Virus record (IMG/VR): IMGVR_UViG_3300027734_000078
Span: 1 to 59,498 of that record
Origin: a virus
Taxonomy: Duplodnaviria; Caudoviricetes
Reading direction: 5' to 3' (one strand)
Length of the DNA stretch: 59,498 nt
The notes beneath the pieces were generated by a model that was not told the origin of the DNA, did no database searches, and was given only the letters and a program-made list of their open reading frames with translations. Of the stretch, positions 26,587-37,718 are shown piece after piece. The position numbers were made by a program, and so were the translations under genes. Within the stretch, counting starts at the first letter, position 1. Every line of letters begins with the position of its first letter.

Positions 26587-26671
26587 ATGCAAGTAGGTGG
26601 TTAAGCCCCTCCCGTTTAACCAGTCATCAATACGGCACCGCTATCTGCCGTTTGCATACGGTAGCACCTAT
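26587..26671 (+). ncRNA. candidate structured RNA upstream of primase-helicase
   Basis: GTAGGTG/CACCTAT, GGTTAAGC/GTTTAACC, ACGGCA/TGCCGT, loop GCTATC pairing with GGTAGC, and ATGCAA/TTGCAT. Confidence 0.45.
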
Positions 26672-26700
26672 TCAGTAGCAAAACTTATTTCGAGAGAAAC

Positions 26701-29547
26701 ATGCAAACAAAAGAATTTTTACAACACGTTTGGTCTGACCAAGGATACTATTGCATAGTAGGTAAAGACCAACAAAACATAGTCACTCCTAAATTCATAG
26801 ACACCATAGATGATGCAATAAAAGTAATTGATAGATTTTTAGAAGATAAGCAAGATGTTTATTTTGCATGCTCTACATGGACAGAAAATACAGAACGTAA
26901 AAAACATAATGCTAAAGAACAAAAAATATTATGGCTTGATATAGATTGTGGCTTTGACGCTAAAAAACGTAAATGGAAAGATTACGAAACTAAAGACGAA
27001 GCTTTAATAGCGCTACGCAAATTTACAAATACTACGGAGTTGCCAGAGCCTACGATTGTTGATTCAGGTAATGGTATTCACTGCTATTGGTCTCTAACAG
27101 AACCTATAGATAAAGCTATATGGTTACCTGTAGCTGAAGGGTTTAAATTCTTATGTGCTAAACATGGACTCAAAGCTGATGGCGCTTGCACCGCTGATGT
27201 GGCTCGTATACTTAGAGTGCCTAATACAAAAAACTTTAAAAACTTTGAAAAGCCTTCTGATGTAGTAATACTTAATGAAGGTAAAGCTACACCCTTTGAT
27301 GAGTTAGCAAGACTTATCCCTATACATGTGTCAGATAAACCTAAAGCTAAACGACCTTTAGATGAAGCAACAAAAGCCATATTAGGAAATAACTCTTCTA
27401 AATTTATGAAGATTATTGAACGCTGCCGTAAAGATGATGGCTGCGCACAATTAGTTCATATCATGACTAAACAAGCTACTGTAGAAGAACCGCTATGGAG
27501 GTCTGGTTTATCTATTGCAGCATACTGTGAAGATTCAGAAGCCGCCATCCATAATATTTCTAAACATCACCCCGACTATGAATATGCTAAAACAGAAACT
27601 AAAGCTAACGGCATTCCAGGACCTCATACATGTAAACAATTTGAAGGCTTACGTCCTGAAGGTTGCGATGGTTGTAAACACAAAGGTAAGATTACTTCTC
27701 CTATAGAATTAGGTAGGGTTATTCTTCGTTCCAAAGGTGCTGATAATGTTATTCAAGCTAAGTCAGAAGAACTTGGAGAGATAGTAACATATCAAATTCC
27801 TGATTATCCTTTCCCATATTTTAGAGGAAAGAATGGTGGCATATACAAAACGCTTGCGGGGGAAGAAGAGGAAGCCATTTTAATTTATGACTATGACTTT
27901 TACCTTGTAGAAATATTACACGATCATGCCTCAGGTTTTTGTGCATGGTTTAAGATGCACTTACCATTTGATGGAGTGCAAGAATTTATAGCACCGGTAA
28001 CTCAATTACTAACTAGAGATACAGCAAGTAAAGTTCTTAACTCAACAGGTATATTTAAAAATGGTAAACGACTAGACCATGTTATTGATTACATTATTGC
28101 TGTATTAGAAGCACATCAAAAACAAAAGAAAGCTACTACCATGTATAGACAATATGGTTGGAATGCTACCTTTAATAAAATAGTAATTGGTAATCGTGAG
28201 ATTAGTGCTTTTGGTATTAAATATGTTCCTGTGTCAGAAGATTTAAAAGACGTTAATGCTACCTTGCAGAAAAAAGGTTCTTTTGATGAATGGAAAAAAG
28301 CTATATCAGTATATGAAAGACCAGGCATGGAGTTGAGAGCATTTGGTTTCTTCTGTGCGTTTGGTTCTTTGCTTATGCCTTTTTTTAAAACTAGAGAAAA
28401 ATCAGCAGTAATTAATTTATATAATCCTGGCACAGGTCAAGGTAAATCTACAGTATTGCAGGCTATGACTAGTGTGTATGGTAACCCAGAGATGAATGCA
28501 AATCTTATTCAAGTTTGGGGAGATACAGGTAATGCAGTTATTAATCGTATGGGGTATATGAATAACTTACCTGCCGCCGTAGATGAATTTACTAAAGTAA
28601 CTCCTGACCAATTACACGACTTTTTAAAGTTTATGTCAATGGGTCGAGGTAAAAATAGATTAAGTAGTGCCGGAGTTAATAAAGAAAGACAAAACGACAC
28701 TATCTTTAATTTAATATGTGTAGTCTCAAGTAATACAGATTTTAGGACAGTCATGTTTTCAAAAAATGCTAAAGCTTCAGGTGAAATGGCTAGGTTCTTA
28801 CAGTTACGTATTGAAAAAGATGACTCTTTAACTAAAGAACAAGCAGATAATTACTTTGGTAGATTGTTTGATAATTATGGACATGCTGGAGAAGTATATG
28901 CTCAATGGATTATATCTAATTTAGATACCGTTAAGACTGCCCTATCAGACACTCAAAAGAATATAGACAAAGCTTGGAACATTACAGGAGAAGACCGGAA
29001 ATATTCAGCTACATTAGCTGCTGTATTTTTAGGGGCTAAAATAGCTAAGGCATTAGGCATACATAATATAGATATAGAGCCTGTCCAAAAAGCTATATAT
29101 GCAGAGTTAGAAAAATCAAAGATTGATTTAAAGGCTCGTGATTTTGATGCTATGGAAACTTTAACTGAGTTTTTACATGAAAACTTAAAAAACACTTTAG
29201 TTATTAATAGTAAAACCGATGCTCGTTCTGGATTATTAGAGGCCCCTTTACTTAAACCAATGTATGAATTAAGAGTAAGAATTGAACCAGATGTCAACAC
29301 AATTTACATTCCAGTAGGTATAATGCGCACATACTTAGAGACTAAGGGCAATGTAACTATGGAAGATTTTGTAGCTAAACTTAGAGATAACAAAATTTTA
29401 AAACCTAAATCAGGTGAACTTAAAGTTATTCAAAAAGGTTTAGAGGTTAGCGGTTCAGGAAGAAGATGCATATGGATTGATAACTCTACGTTTGACGACA
29501 TAAAAACTAATAACTTACCATTGGATATACCACGAAGTGTTAACTAA
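26701..29547 (+). CDS. primase-helicase (RepB-like AEP primase plus DUF927 helicase)
   Basis: WLDIDC, VDSGNGIHCYW, DVARILRVP.T.N.K, Cys cluster, P-loop GTGQGKST and VDE. Confidence 0.9.
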   Translation: MQTKEFLQHVWSDQGYYCIVGKDQQNIVTPKFIDTIDDAIKVIDRFLEDKQDVYFACSTWTENTERKKHNAKEQKILWLDIDCGFDAKKRKWKDYETKDEALIALRKFTNTTELPEPTIVDSGNGIHCYWSLTEPIDKAIWLPVAEGFKFLCAKHGLKADGACTADVARILRVPNTKNFKNFEKPSDVVILNEGKATPFDELARLIPIHVSDKPKAKRPLDEATKAILGNNSSKFMKIIERCRKDDGCAQLVHIMTKQATVEEPLWRSGLSIAAYCEDSEAAIHNISKHHPDYEYAKTETKANGIPGPHTCKQFEGLRPEGCDGCKHKGKITSPIELGRVILRSKGADNVIQAKSEELGEIVTYQIPDYPFPYFRGKNGGIYKTLAGEEEEAILIYDYDFYLVEILHDHASGFCAWFKMHLPFDGVQEFIAPVTQLLTRDTASKVLNSTGIFKNGKRLDHVIDYIIAVLEAHQKQKKATTMYRQYGWNATFNKIVIGNREISAFGIKYVPVSEDLKDVNATLQKKGSFDEWKKAISVYERPGMELRAFGFFCAFGSLLMPFFKTREKSAVINLYNPGTGQGKSTVLQAMTSVYGNPEMNANLIQVWGDTGNAVINRMGYMNNLPAAVDEFTKVTPDQLHDFLKFMSMGRGKNRLSSAGVNKERQNDTIFNLICVVSSNTDFRTVMFSKNAKASGEMARFLQLRIEKDDSLTKEQADNYFGRLFDNYGHAGEVYAQWIISNLDTVKTALSDTQKNIDKAWNITGEDRKYSATLAAVFLGAKIAKALGIHNIDIEPVQKAIYAELEKSKIDLKARDFDAMETLTEFLHENLKNTLVINSKTDARSGLLEAPLLKPMYELRVRIEPDVNTIYIPVGIMRTYLETKGNVTMEDFVAKLRDNKILKPKSGELKVIQKGLEVSGSGRRCIWIDNSTFDDIKTNNLPLDIPRSVN

Positions 29548-29731
29548 CGGAACAGATTACCAAATACTTTGGTCTGAATTTAAACCAGGCTCATCTATCT
29601 TTTTACCTGCAATTGATACTGATGCAGCGGTAGCTGCTATTACAAAAGAAAGTGAACGACTAGAGTTTGAGTTTGTTCACAAAGTAGTCATTGAGGATAA
29701 TGTAAAAGGTATTCGAGTTTGGCGTTTATAA
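29537..29731 (+). CDS. small conserved protein following the primase
   Basis: W..F..GSSIFLP...GIRVWR. Confidence 0.7.
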   Translation: MLTNGTDYQILWSEFKPGSSIFLPAIDTDAAVAAITKESERLEFEFVHKVVIEDNVKGIRVWRL

Positions 29732-32700
29732 CCCAGATTCAAACCTGATTTTTTGAATATATTTAACGTCTCGATCTTCAAATTTAGATATATGATCAAG
29801 CATGTTCATTTCTTCTTGTCTAAAATATCTAATTTTTTGTTGTTTTTCGTCAGGAGACATGTTTTTATTTTCTAAAACTCTTGTTTCAGCCGCTCTTAAT
29901 TGACCTAAATATTTACCAATATCATCAAGTAAACCTTTTCTTGCAATAAGACCTTTGTTGTTATCTTTGTTTATATATTCTAAAGTTTCTTCAGGGCCTC
30001 TAAATTTTTCTTTATATTTATAAGTATTATAAACTTCACTTTGAATATCTCTTAATTCATAGTAATCATTTTTAGCACGATTTCCAAACTCTTTAGAATA
30101 GAATGCAGACGTGCCAGGAATAGCATTAATCAAATCTTGTGTAGAGTTAGAAGGTAATACATCTCCTCTTATATCTGCCATTAAATTGTTTGTACCTAGA
30201 CGTATTAAACCTGCGCTATAACCAAAATACCCATCAAGTAAATGATCTATTTTCATAGGGGAAGATCCTGAAAGGCTACCTAGTACTTTAGCCAATTCAG
30301 ATGTTCTAGCAGTGTATTGCATTTCATCTTCTCTACCACCAACACCTGTTCCCGCAATAGGTCTTCCAGTAAAATAGTCATAGTTCATAGAGGCTTCAAC
30401 AAGGGGTTTAAAAGCTTGAGGCATAACTGATGGAGAAGCAATAGCGTTTATTATTCCAACTTTTATAGCTTTACCTGCTTTAGTTCCATCTTCATCTTGT
30501 TTATATAACGTATGATATAGATGTTCTGGAATAATTTTTGTAAATAAAGTAGCCAAGTCTGAACGAAGAGGAATACTTAAACCACCCATGCCTGGAAATA
30601 TAAATCTTCTATCTCTAACAGAAGGATCTAGTTTTTCATAATCGTCATCATCTGAAACTAAAGCACTATATATTAAACTTAAAAGCATAGTTTTCATCAT
30701 AGTATTTCTAAGCACTCTATAAGCTTCTGCTCGTTGAGAAGGAGCAATACCACGTCCTGAAGCAACTTTCATCATTACGTTTAGTGATTGTAGATAAGCA
30801 CCAAAGAACGGAATAACTTGACGTCCTACAGATACCAACTTATTAGAACCTGTTCTTCTAAAGTTAATTACTTCAAAAGCACGTTCAATAGCAAGTGCTT
30901 TATCGCCTGTTTCTTTTAGTGTTTGATTATAGATAGCTTGACGAATAACATTATCAGAAGCCATAGAAAATTTTTGTAACGGGTTTCTAATTATACGATC
31001 AAACAATCCTGGTTTTTTTAATCCCGCTGCAATTTCAGCATCTGATCTACTTATATCAGCTGTGTAATCTCTAATACCTACAGCACCAACGCTTTTTAGT
31101 TGTGCCCTAGTTGCACTAGTTTTTGTAGCCGTTCTATATATTTCTTTTGCTACTTCAATAGGAATCATAAATGGATTCTCTACTCCTGAAGTGATCAGAG
31201 CACTATAAGTATCTTGGAATACTTGAGATATAGAAAACAACGGATACAATACAATGTTTTCACGTAATACGTTTGCTATCTTTGCAAGCAGGGGAAACGC
31301 AGGTAATGCTACAGTCTCCATACCTGTAAATGCTTTTACAAATAATGGGTCTTCAAAACGATACTTAACGATGCCACCGTTTTGCCATATACCAATAGTA
31401 TTACTTGTAGGGCTCTTAGCACCTGGAGGTAGTTTAGTTACTTCATCTTCTAAATATTGATCTGCTGCCGCAACTAAATTTTGTGCAGCTTTGTTATTAA
31501 TACCTTTTCTAATAACATAAGTCATCCAGCGTTCCATGTTATCAAACACATTATTAACAGGCTGATTACTGCCTTTAAATCTAGGATCAGTTTTAGCTCT
31601 ATCTAATAAACCACGAGTGTATTCTTTAGGACCTTCTTTTTGTTCAATCTGCTCAACACGGTAGAACGGAACATAGTCCATTACATCTAATAACCCTTGC
31701 GCTTGTTCTGCAGAATAAAGACCTGAATCTACACCAAACTTTAATACTTTAGCTCTAATACTATTCCATTGATCAACAATACCATTTAATCCTGGATAAG
31801 CATCAAATAGTTTAAGAGCATTGTTAATCTCTTTTGTAGTCATATGAATATGTTTATATTCTTTTTCCCATTTAGCTTTAGCTTCTTTGTCTTTACCAGC
31901 TAGCATCATATCTAGAACATCTTCTTTTAACTCTTTATTCTTTTCTTTTAAGCTATTTAAGCGTTTACCAATCAACGCTGCATGAGCATACTTCTCCATA
32001 GTTTCATAAGGAATACCTGCCTTATCAGCAAGGGCCTTAATATTAAGCATCATCTTCTTCCAACTTGTGTTAGATTTTGATACAACATATTTATGCAAAC
32101 TAGGATCGTATTTAATATCACCTTCTTCTAAAAACTGATGAGCAGGTGCTTCACTATGTAACGCTTGTGATGTGCTAATGGAATGTAATACTTTTTTAGT
32201 TTCTGCCCATTCAGCGTTTTCTTCTAACCCACGACGTATAGCATTACTTAAACCTGCATCGGATGAAAAAAAGTTAGTTTCGGCAGTGTCAAGGAAATGC
32301 TGCCATCCTTTAAACCTATCTCTAACAAATTGTTTAGGATCGTCTTTAAACTCTTTGAATGCTGATGCCTCTTCAACCTTTTCAGTTTTAAGGTTTGTAT
32401 TTTTAAAGTATGCTGCAGCTTTTTGATTATTGTCTTTAGCAAACATTCTATCTTGAGGCGTGAAGTCAGGTATGGTAGCGTTACCCACTTGACGTGTGCC
32501 TGTAAATAAGTCGGGTGTTAATCCTACGACATCACTTAATAAAGTATTAGATACATCACCTAAGTTTAGAAGTTGTTTAACGAAGTTAAGGAAGTCTGTC
32601 CATAGTGAATTAACAGGAGGGGCATCCGGAACAACACTACGTTCACTTGCTAAGAATTTTTGGAAGGCTTCAGTATTGTATGCGTTAGCAATAAACTCAT

Positions 32701-35700
32701 CCATATCTTTAAAGGCTTCACCAAAGTTTAGATCCTGTTGCATAGCAGCAACTTCAGCTACGTCAAATATATCTACTAATTTATTACCTAGTGGTGTGCG
32801 TCCAACAGGTCTACCATTTTTCATGGTTACATGTTTTTTTAATTCAAAGGCCGTGGCACTATGTGTCGCTTCGTGAAATATTGTATCTACACCTGCATCA
32901 GGGCTAATAGTAGTTTTGTTTTGGAAAGGCTCAAACAAACCATATTCACCTTTCTTCATACCCATAACTTTATATGTGCCTTTAGTTACATTAGGCAGTT
33001 TAGATATAACATCTAGTAATATCTTTTGAACAGGGTTTAGCTTATCTAAATGCTGTTGTCTAATAATAGTAAGGGCTTGACCTAATGTTTTAGCAGGCCT
33101 AGTTGTATTAACTATAGCTTTACCTTCAGGAGTGCCTTCTAAAGTTGATTGTAAAGAGTCAATGGTAGATTTAACTTGTGTTGCATTAAAAGCAACAATT
33201 TCACTTAACTTGCCGTCTTTATATTGAACAATACCATCGTATCCTTGTTTTTGAGCTCGAGTCATTACTTCTTTAGATATATATCCTTTTTCTTCATAAG
33301 CTTTCTCAACAATATCACTAGCTTTTTCTTCAGTTACACCTAATTGAGTAAGTGCTTGAATCATAGGATCTGTTTTACCCATTTCAGTATTAATAACTAA
33401 TGGGTTTTTAAGATTGGTTATAACAGGAAGAACATTTCCACCTTCGGCTTCCGCATATCTACTAGCAAAAGCAGGATCAGGAGTTAGGTAAATTCCCGCA
33501 CCTAACGAACCATCTTTACTTGATTTTAAATTTTTTACATCTTTAGTAGTACCATGATAAAGTTTTAAAGGAGCTCCTGTGTCATCAACTAATTTAGAGC
33601 CTTCAAACCACTGAGTTAATTCAGGTGAAACAGCTCGACTATATAATTTTTTCTCTTGTTTTAAACCTGTGAAGTCATCAATGAAGGCATCAATCATACT
33701 ATTGTATGATTCTTTATCAGAAGCAAATTGTGATTTTTTATTCTTACCTAATTTTTTAGGTTCATATCTAAAGAGTTCATTTTGAAGTTTATTAAACGCT
33801 TCTACTTCTTGAGGTGTAGGTGGACGGTTTAGAATCTTATCAATTACAGACTCCATACGTTGATCTATAATATATTGTTTACCCTCTGCAATTTTTTGTT
33901 TACGTTGTTTATCATTTAAGATAGGGTCGCGTAACTCATCAATAAGATATTGTGGAGGTGGGTTTTTTAAGTTAGTTAGATTGGAAGCTAATAGCTGCCC
34001 TTGTTTAACTAAAGGGTAGGTAGGAGGTATAGATTTAAGAAGTTCCGCTTCTTGTTTAGAACGTTCAATATTACGTCCTTCTCTCACAGTTTTTAAAAAC
34101 TCTGTTCGTGCTCTATCTCTAATAATAGGATCTGGATCGGAAAGCCTATCTGTAAATGAAGTAGGTGTTAGGTTGTCTTCAGGTTTAACGTATTCTTTAC
34201 GCTTAACTTCTAACGAACCTTCTTGAGGAACTTGCTGTTGAAACTTTTGTTCTTTATCAGCAATATCATAATACGCACCTAAAACTTCTCCGCTCTTAAG
34301 AGTCTCTTGAGCTTCTGGAGCTTTAGGTTCTTTTAATGTAACAGGCTGTTGTGTCTCTCGTCCAACAGGTTGTCCAACATTATCCCCAGTAGCGTCCACT
34401 CCTCCAACGTCACTTGACTCAACTCCTTCGGGGGTTGCTCGTACTCGTTTGGATTCATCAAGTGCTGGAAGGCTAGTTCTATCTGCTTCGGACTTAATTT
34501 TAGGTTGTCTAGTGACATCAATTTTTTCCTTAGGAATCGGTTTTGGTTGTTTTAATTCTATCACAGGAGGCAAAGATTGGATAAAAGTATTCGCTACATC
34601 TTCATTTACTTTATCAGGATTTGCTTCAATAACTTGATTTAATAAGTCCCGATTTTCCTGTGCAGATATATCTTTACCAATAAGAGCTTTATAACCATTG
34701 CTAGATTTTTTAAACCCTAACGAAGTTAACGTAGCACTATTAAGAACGCTTGATGGTTCATCATCGGCTAAATCTTGCTCTTCCTCTTCTTTGACTTTAA
34801 CTTTTGGTTTAGCTTGTTTAGCTTTAATAGCATCAGCTTGAGTTTTTATTTCGTCAAATGTAGCATCCATAACATCTTTACGATTAGGTTTAGCTACTTC
34901 AGTATCTGCTATATCATCACTAAGTATTTTTTCTTTAGCTTTGTTAACTTCCTTAACTTGACTTGTTATTTGTTTAGCTTCTTTATAAGATTGATATCCA
35001 TGCGAAACACCACCAAGACCAGTACCTACAGCTAATGCACCCCAACCAGCTTCAAAGTATTCATTTTTAGCTTGATCGTCATCTAAAGATAAACCTGCTT
35101 GATAACGTTCTGCTGCTTGTTCTAATACTTCAGTAGGCACTTCTGAAAGACCTTTAATTGCACCTTCACCCGCTGCCTTAGCTACATATCTACCCGTGCC
35201 TCGTTCTGCAATTTCTTTTGTTATTTCTTTTATTGCAGCTTTAGTTCCTACTTTACCCATACCTAAAGTAAGTCTATCTACTGCATAGCCTAAAGGTGCT
35301 GTAATAGCTGCCCATTTTTTAGCTTCTGTTGGATTTAAGTCTTGAGGCGCAGTTTTTTCTAATGCTTGACGTTCCATGAAATGACCGTATTGTTGAACAC
35401 CATACGTTCCAATACCAACTAAAGCTCCTACAATTGGTGCAGCTAATGGCGCCGCTGGACCAGTGACTGCTGCAGTTCCTGCAGATGCAGCAAATCCTGT
35501 TAATAATGGTATAACCATTTCAGGACCTGATTTTAAAATTTGTTCTACGACAAATGAAGGCACTTGCATGCCTGCTGGGATAAGACCTTTTTCTTCAGCT
35601 ATACGCTGTATGTCTGCAGCAGATAATGTTTGAACAGCAGGAGCAACTTGACCTTTAGTTTTTATATCTTGCATCTTAGCTGCAGCTGCTGTCATGTCTT

Positions 35701-35959
35701 TATTATCAACAGCACTACCTAATTCAATACCACGTTTAGCGCCACCTAAAGATTCAAAGCCTTCTGTTAAAGCTTGTTTAGCACGAGTTAACATGCCTAC
35801 GTCTTCAGGTTTAGCTGAAACAGTAGGAGTTAATCCTAATTCTTCAGGGGTAAATTCTTTTTTGGTTGCTGCTGTAGGAGATAGACCTAATTCTTCAGAT
35901 GTATATTCCTGTGGTGTACTAGAGATACCTAGTTCTTCAGGTGTAAATTCTCTTGCCAT
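29726..35959 (-). CDS. large polyvalent / internal virion protein (ADP-ribosyltransferase, zincin peptidase, LPD38-like C-terminus)
   Basis: WF.GSK.VD..G.P..LYHGT...GIYLTPD...GYDG...EIVAF...QVKS. FHEATH followed by DEFIA. INF.R.G, IPFF.A, P..E...NYD.FTGRPI and SP.KIDHLL.GYFG. Confidence 0.85.
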   Translation of the reverse strand: MAREFTPEELGISSTPQEYTSEELGLSPTAATKKEFTPEELGLTPTVSAKPEDVGMLTRAKQALTEGFESLGGAKRGIELGSAVDNKDMTAAAAKMQDIKTKGQVAPAVQTLSAADIQRIAEEKGLIPAGMQVPSFVVEQILKSGPEMVIPLLTGFAASAGTAAVTGPAAPLAAPIVGALVGIGTYGVQQYGHFMERQALEKTAPQDLNPTEAKKWAAITAPLGYAVDRLTLGMGKVGTKAAIKEITKEIAERGTGRYVAKAAGEGAIKGLSEVPTEVLEQAAERYQAGLSLDDDQAKNEYFEAGWGALAVGTGLGGVSHGYQSYKEAKQITSQVKEVNKAKEKILSDDIADTEVAKPNRKDVMDATFDEIKTQADAIKAKQAKPKVKVKEEEEQDLADDEPSSVLNSATLTSLGFKKSSNGYKALIGKDISAQENRDLLNQVIEANPDKVNEDVANTFIQSLPPVIELKQPKPIPKEKIDVTRQPKIKSEADRTSLPALDESKRVRATPEGVESSDVGGVDATGDNVGQPVGRETQQPVTLKEPKAPEAQETLKSGEVLGAYYDIADKEQKFQQQVPQEGSLEVKRKEYVKPEDNLTPTSFTDRLSDPDPIIRDRARTEFLKTVREGRNIERSKQEAELLKSIPPTYPLVKQGQLLASNLTNLKNPPPQYLIDELRDPILNDKQRKQKIAEGKQYIIDQRMESVIDKILNRPPTPQEVEAFNKLQNELFRYEPKKLGKNKKSQFASDKESYNSMIDAFIDDFTGLKQEKKLYSRAVSPELTQWFEGSKLVDDTGAPLKLYHGTTKDVKNLKSSKDGSLGAGIYLTPDPAFASRYAEAEGGNVLPVITNLKNPLVINTEMGKTDPMIQALTQLGVTEEKASDIVEKAYEEKGYISKEVMTRAQKQGYDGIVQYKDGKLSEIVAFNATQVKSTIDSLQSTLEGTPEGKAIVNTTRPAKTLGQALTIIRQQHLDKLNPVQKILLDVISKLPNVTKGTYKVMGMKKGEYGLFEPFQNKTTISPDAGVDTIFHEATHSATAFELKKHVTMKNGRPVGRTPLGNKLVDIFDVAEVAAMQQDLNFGEAFKDMDEFIANAYNTEAFQKFLASERSVVPDAPPVNSLWTDFLNFVKQLLNLGDVSNTLLSDVVGLTPDLFTGTRQVGNATIPDFTPQDRMFAKDNNQKAAAYFKNTNLKTEKVEEASAFKEFKDDPKQFVRDRFKGWQHFLDTAETNFFSSDAGLSNAIRRGLEENAEWAETKKVLHSISTSQALHSEAPAHQFLEEGDIKYDPSLHKYVVSKSNTSWKKMMLNIKALADKAGIPYETMEKYAHAALIGKRLNSLKEKNKELKEDVLDMMLAGKDKEAKAKWEKEYKHIHMTTKEINNALKLFDAYPGLNGIVDQWNSIRAKVLKFGVDSGLYSAEQAQGLLDVMDYVPFYRVEQIEQKEGPKEYTRGLLDRAKTDPRFKGSNQPVNNVFDNMERWMTYVIRKGINNKAAQNLVAAADQYLEDEVTKLPPGAKSPTSNTIGIWQNGGIVKYRFEDPLFVKAFTGMETVALPAFPLLAKIANVLRENIVLYPLFSISQVFQDTYSALITSGVENPFMIPIEVAKEIYRTATKTSATRAQLKSVGAVGIRDYTADISRSDAEIAAGLKKPGLFDRIIRNPLQKFSMASDNVIRQAIYNQTLKETGDKALAIERAFEVINFRRTGSNKLVSVGRQVIPFFGAYLQSLNVMMKVASGRGIAPSQRAEAYRVLRNTMMKTMLLSLIYSALVSDDDDYEKLDPSVRDRRFIFPGMGGLSIPLRSDLATLFTKIIPEHLYHTLYKQDEDGTKAGKAIKVGIINAIASPSVMPQAFKPLVEASMNYDYFTGRPIAGTGVGGREDEMQYTARTSELAKVLGSLSGSSPMKIDHLLDGYFGYSAGLIRLGTNNLMADIRGDVLPSNSTQDLINAIPGTSAFYSKEFGNRAKNDYYELRDIQSEVYNTYKYKEKFRGPEETLEYINKDNNKGLIARKGLLDDIGKYLGQLRAAETRVLENKNMSPDEKQQKIRYFRQEEMNMLDHISKFEDRDVKYIQKIRFESGL

Positions 35960-35960
35960 A

Positions 35961-37709
35961 TTAAGTTATTTTTTCGTAGTTCCCATTAGGAAGTTGTTTA
36001 AATGTACCTTTACCAGGAACAGTAACTGTACCATCAGGATTAGCTACAGGTTTAGTTATTCCACCAGGGGCTTGTGCTACAGCAGGTGAAGCACCATAAG
36101 CCATTTCTACCCCACCCATAAGAGTTTGTAGTTCTTGTTCTATATATTGTTTTCTAACTAACTCATATTTAGCTTTATCTTCACTAAAATGTGAAGTAAA
36201 TGCAGCATCAGGATAATCTTTATCAAACCTTTTTTGTGCATTATCTACAGCTTTGTCATAAATTTCATAGCCTTTACCTGATTTACTTGCTTTTTCTTTA
36301 AGGTTAGCAATTCGGATAGAGGTTTCAAGCTCAGCATTCTTCATCTCAATGTTAGCGTTAAGTGTTTTGTAATCATTAACATTTTTAACATATCCTTGAG
36401 CATCACCACGTTTTTGAGCATACTCTGCATCTTTAAGTTTGTTTTGAGCTTCACGTTTAGTTTTTTCAAGTTCTCTAAGATCCTTAAGCGCTTCTGTTCC
36501 TGCTTTAAGTCCTGCAGGTGCTGCTCTTGATAAGCCTTTTAATAAAGATCCTGGAGTAGAACTTAAGGCGTCTGACATAGCAAACAACATATTAGCATTT
36601 GCCATACGTTTAGCAGAATCTGTTTCTGTTTCATTAGCAGCAGCAATATCTTTCATACGGGTCTTATAATAATCAGGGTCTAAACCTAATTCTGTTTCAG
36701 CAGCTCTTTGATCTTTAAAATAATCTCCTGCTGTAGGAACGTTTCTTGTAGGTACTAACGCTGCAGCTGCATCTTTATAATAGAACGGATCATATAATTC
36801 AGGATCTGTTTTAACACTTTTACCGTAAGCATAATGTTTAACTTTTCCACCTTGAGCAAAGTTTAATTGACCTTGAACACCTACTTTATCAGGAGAAATA
36901 GTTAAACCTAATCTAGCATTATCCTTACGAATTTGTTCAAATAAGGCTTCATGAGCATCTGTATTGTATCCTGCACCATAACGTGTACCATCATCAGTAA
37001 TGTAACTACCACGAATACTTCTTAAGCCCATACGATTATCTGGACCAGGAGCTACATCGGCACCTACAGAAGTTCTACCTGTATTTCTATCTACACTTAA
37101 AGCTCTAGCATCAGGCGTATATCTAGCATTATATTCATTACCTTGATCAGTCATGTAACGACCACGAAGTTCACTAAGTCTTGGCACAGTGGCACCTTGT
37201 GAATTAATAATACCAGCGTATTCAGCACCTACAGAACCACGTTGATTACCTAAGTCAGCACCTAAGCCATATTGAGCTGCAATAATTTGTTTTTCTTCGT
37301 TAGTAAGTGTATCAAAACGACTGCGTGTTGTAAGGTCAACATCGCCACCATTATCAAACGCTACGATACCACCACTAGCAAAGTTTTGTTCTTGATACAT
37401 ATCACCTGTATCTAATGAAGCAACTCCGCTATCATCCATAGGTTGATTGTTTTGTGCAAAATTCATAGCTGCTGGTAAGCCTTGTGGTTGTGAGGCTGCA
37501 ATAGTTTTATCTGCGACACTTTGTGGACCTTGTGCCATAGCTTCTTTAGCTTTTAATGCAGCTAATTCTTTATCTTTTACAACACGTTGTTGTAACTCAA
37601 ATAAAGCAGATGCTGCCGGTATATTAGCCGCTGCAGCTAACTCAGGATTTTTAACATAGTCTATTAGTTTTTGTTGTGGAATATAGCTTAAATTTTTACC
37701 AATGCTCAT
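35961..37709 (-). CDS. putative internal virion / ejection protein
   Basis: 582 aa, A/G/Q-rich, lies in the ejection-protein cluster. Confidence 0.6.
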   Translation of the reverse strand: MSIGKNLSYIPQQKLIDYVKNPELAAAANIPAASALFELQQRVVKDKELAALKAKEAMAQGPQSVADKTIAASQPQGLPAAMNFAQNNQPMDDSGVASLDTGDMYQEQNFASGGIVAFDNGGDVDLTTRSRFDTLTNEEKQIIAAQYGLGADLGNQRGSVGAEYAGIINSQGATVPRLSELRGRYMTDQGNEYNARYTPDARALSVDRNTGRTSVGADVAPGPDNRMGLRSIRGSYITDDGTRYGAGYNTDAHEALFEQIRKDNARLGLTISPDKVGVQGQLNFAQGGKVKHYAYGKSVKTDPELYDPFYYKDAAAALVPTRNVPTAGDYFKDQRAAETELGLDPDYYKTRMKDIAAANETETDSAKRMANANMLFAMSDALSSTPGSLLKGLSRAAPAGLKAGTEALKDLRELEKTKREAQNKLKDAEYAQKRGDAQGYVKNVNDYKTLNANIEMKNAELETSIRIANLKEKASKSGKGYEIYDKAVDNAQKRFDKDYPDAAFTSHFSEDKAKYELVRKQYIEQELQTLMGGVEMAYGASPAVAQAPGGITKPVANPDGTVTVPGKGTFKQLPNGNYEKIT

Positions 37710-37718
37710 ATTATTGTC

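Noticed and set aside
26580-26700. tRNA or known self-cleaving ribozyme
   Set aside because: No cloverleaf or TTCRA T-loop, and no hammerhead CUGANGA/GAAA core
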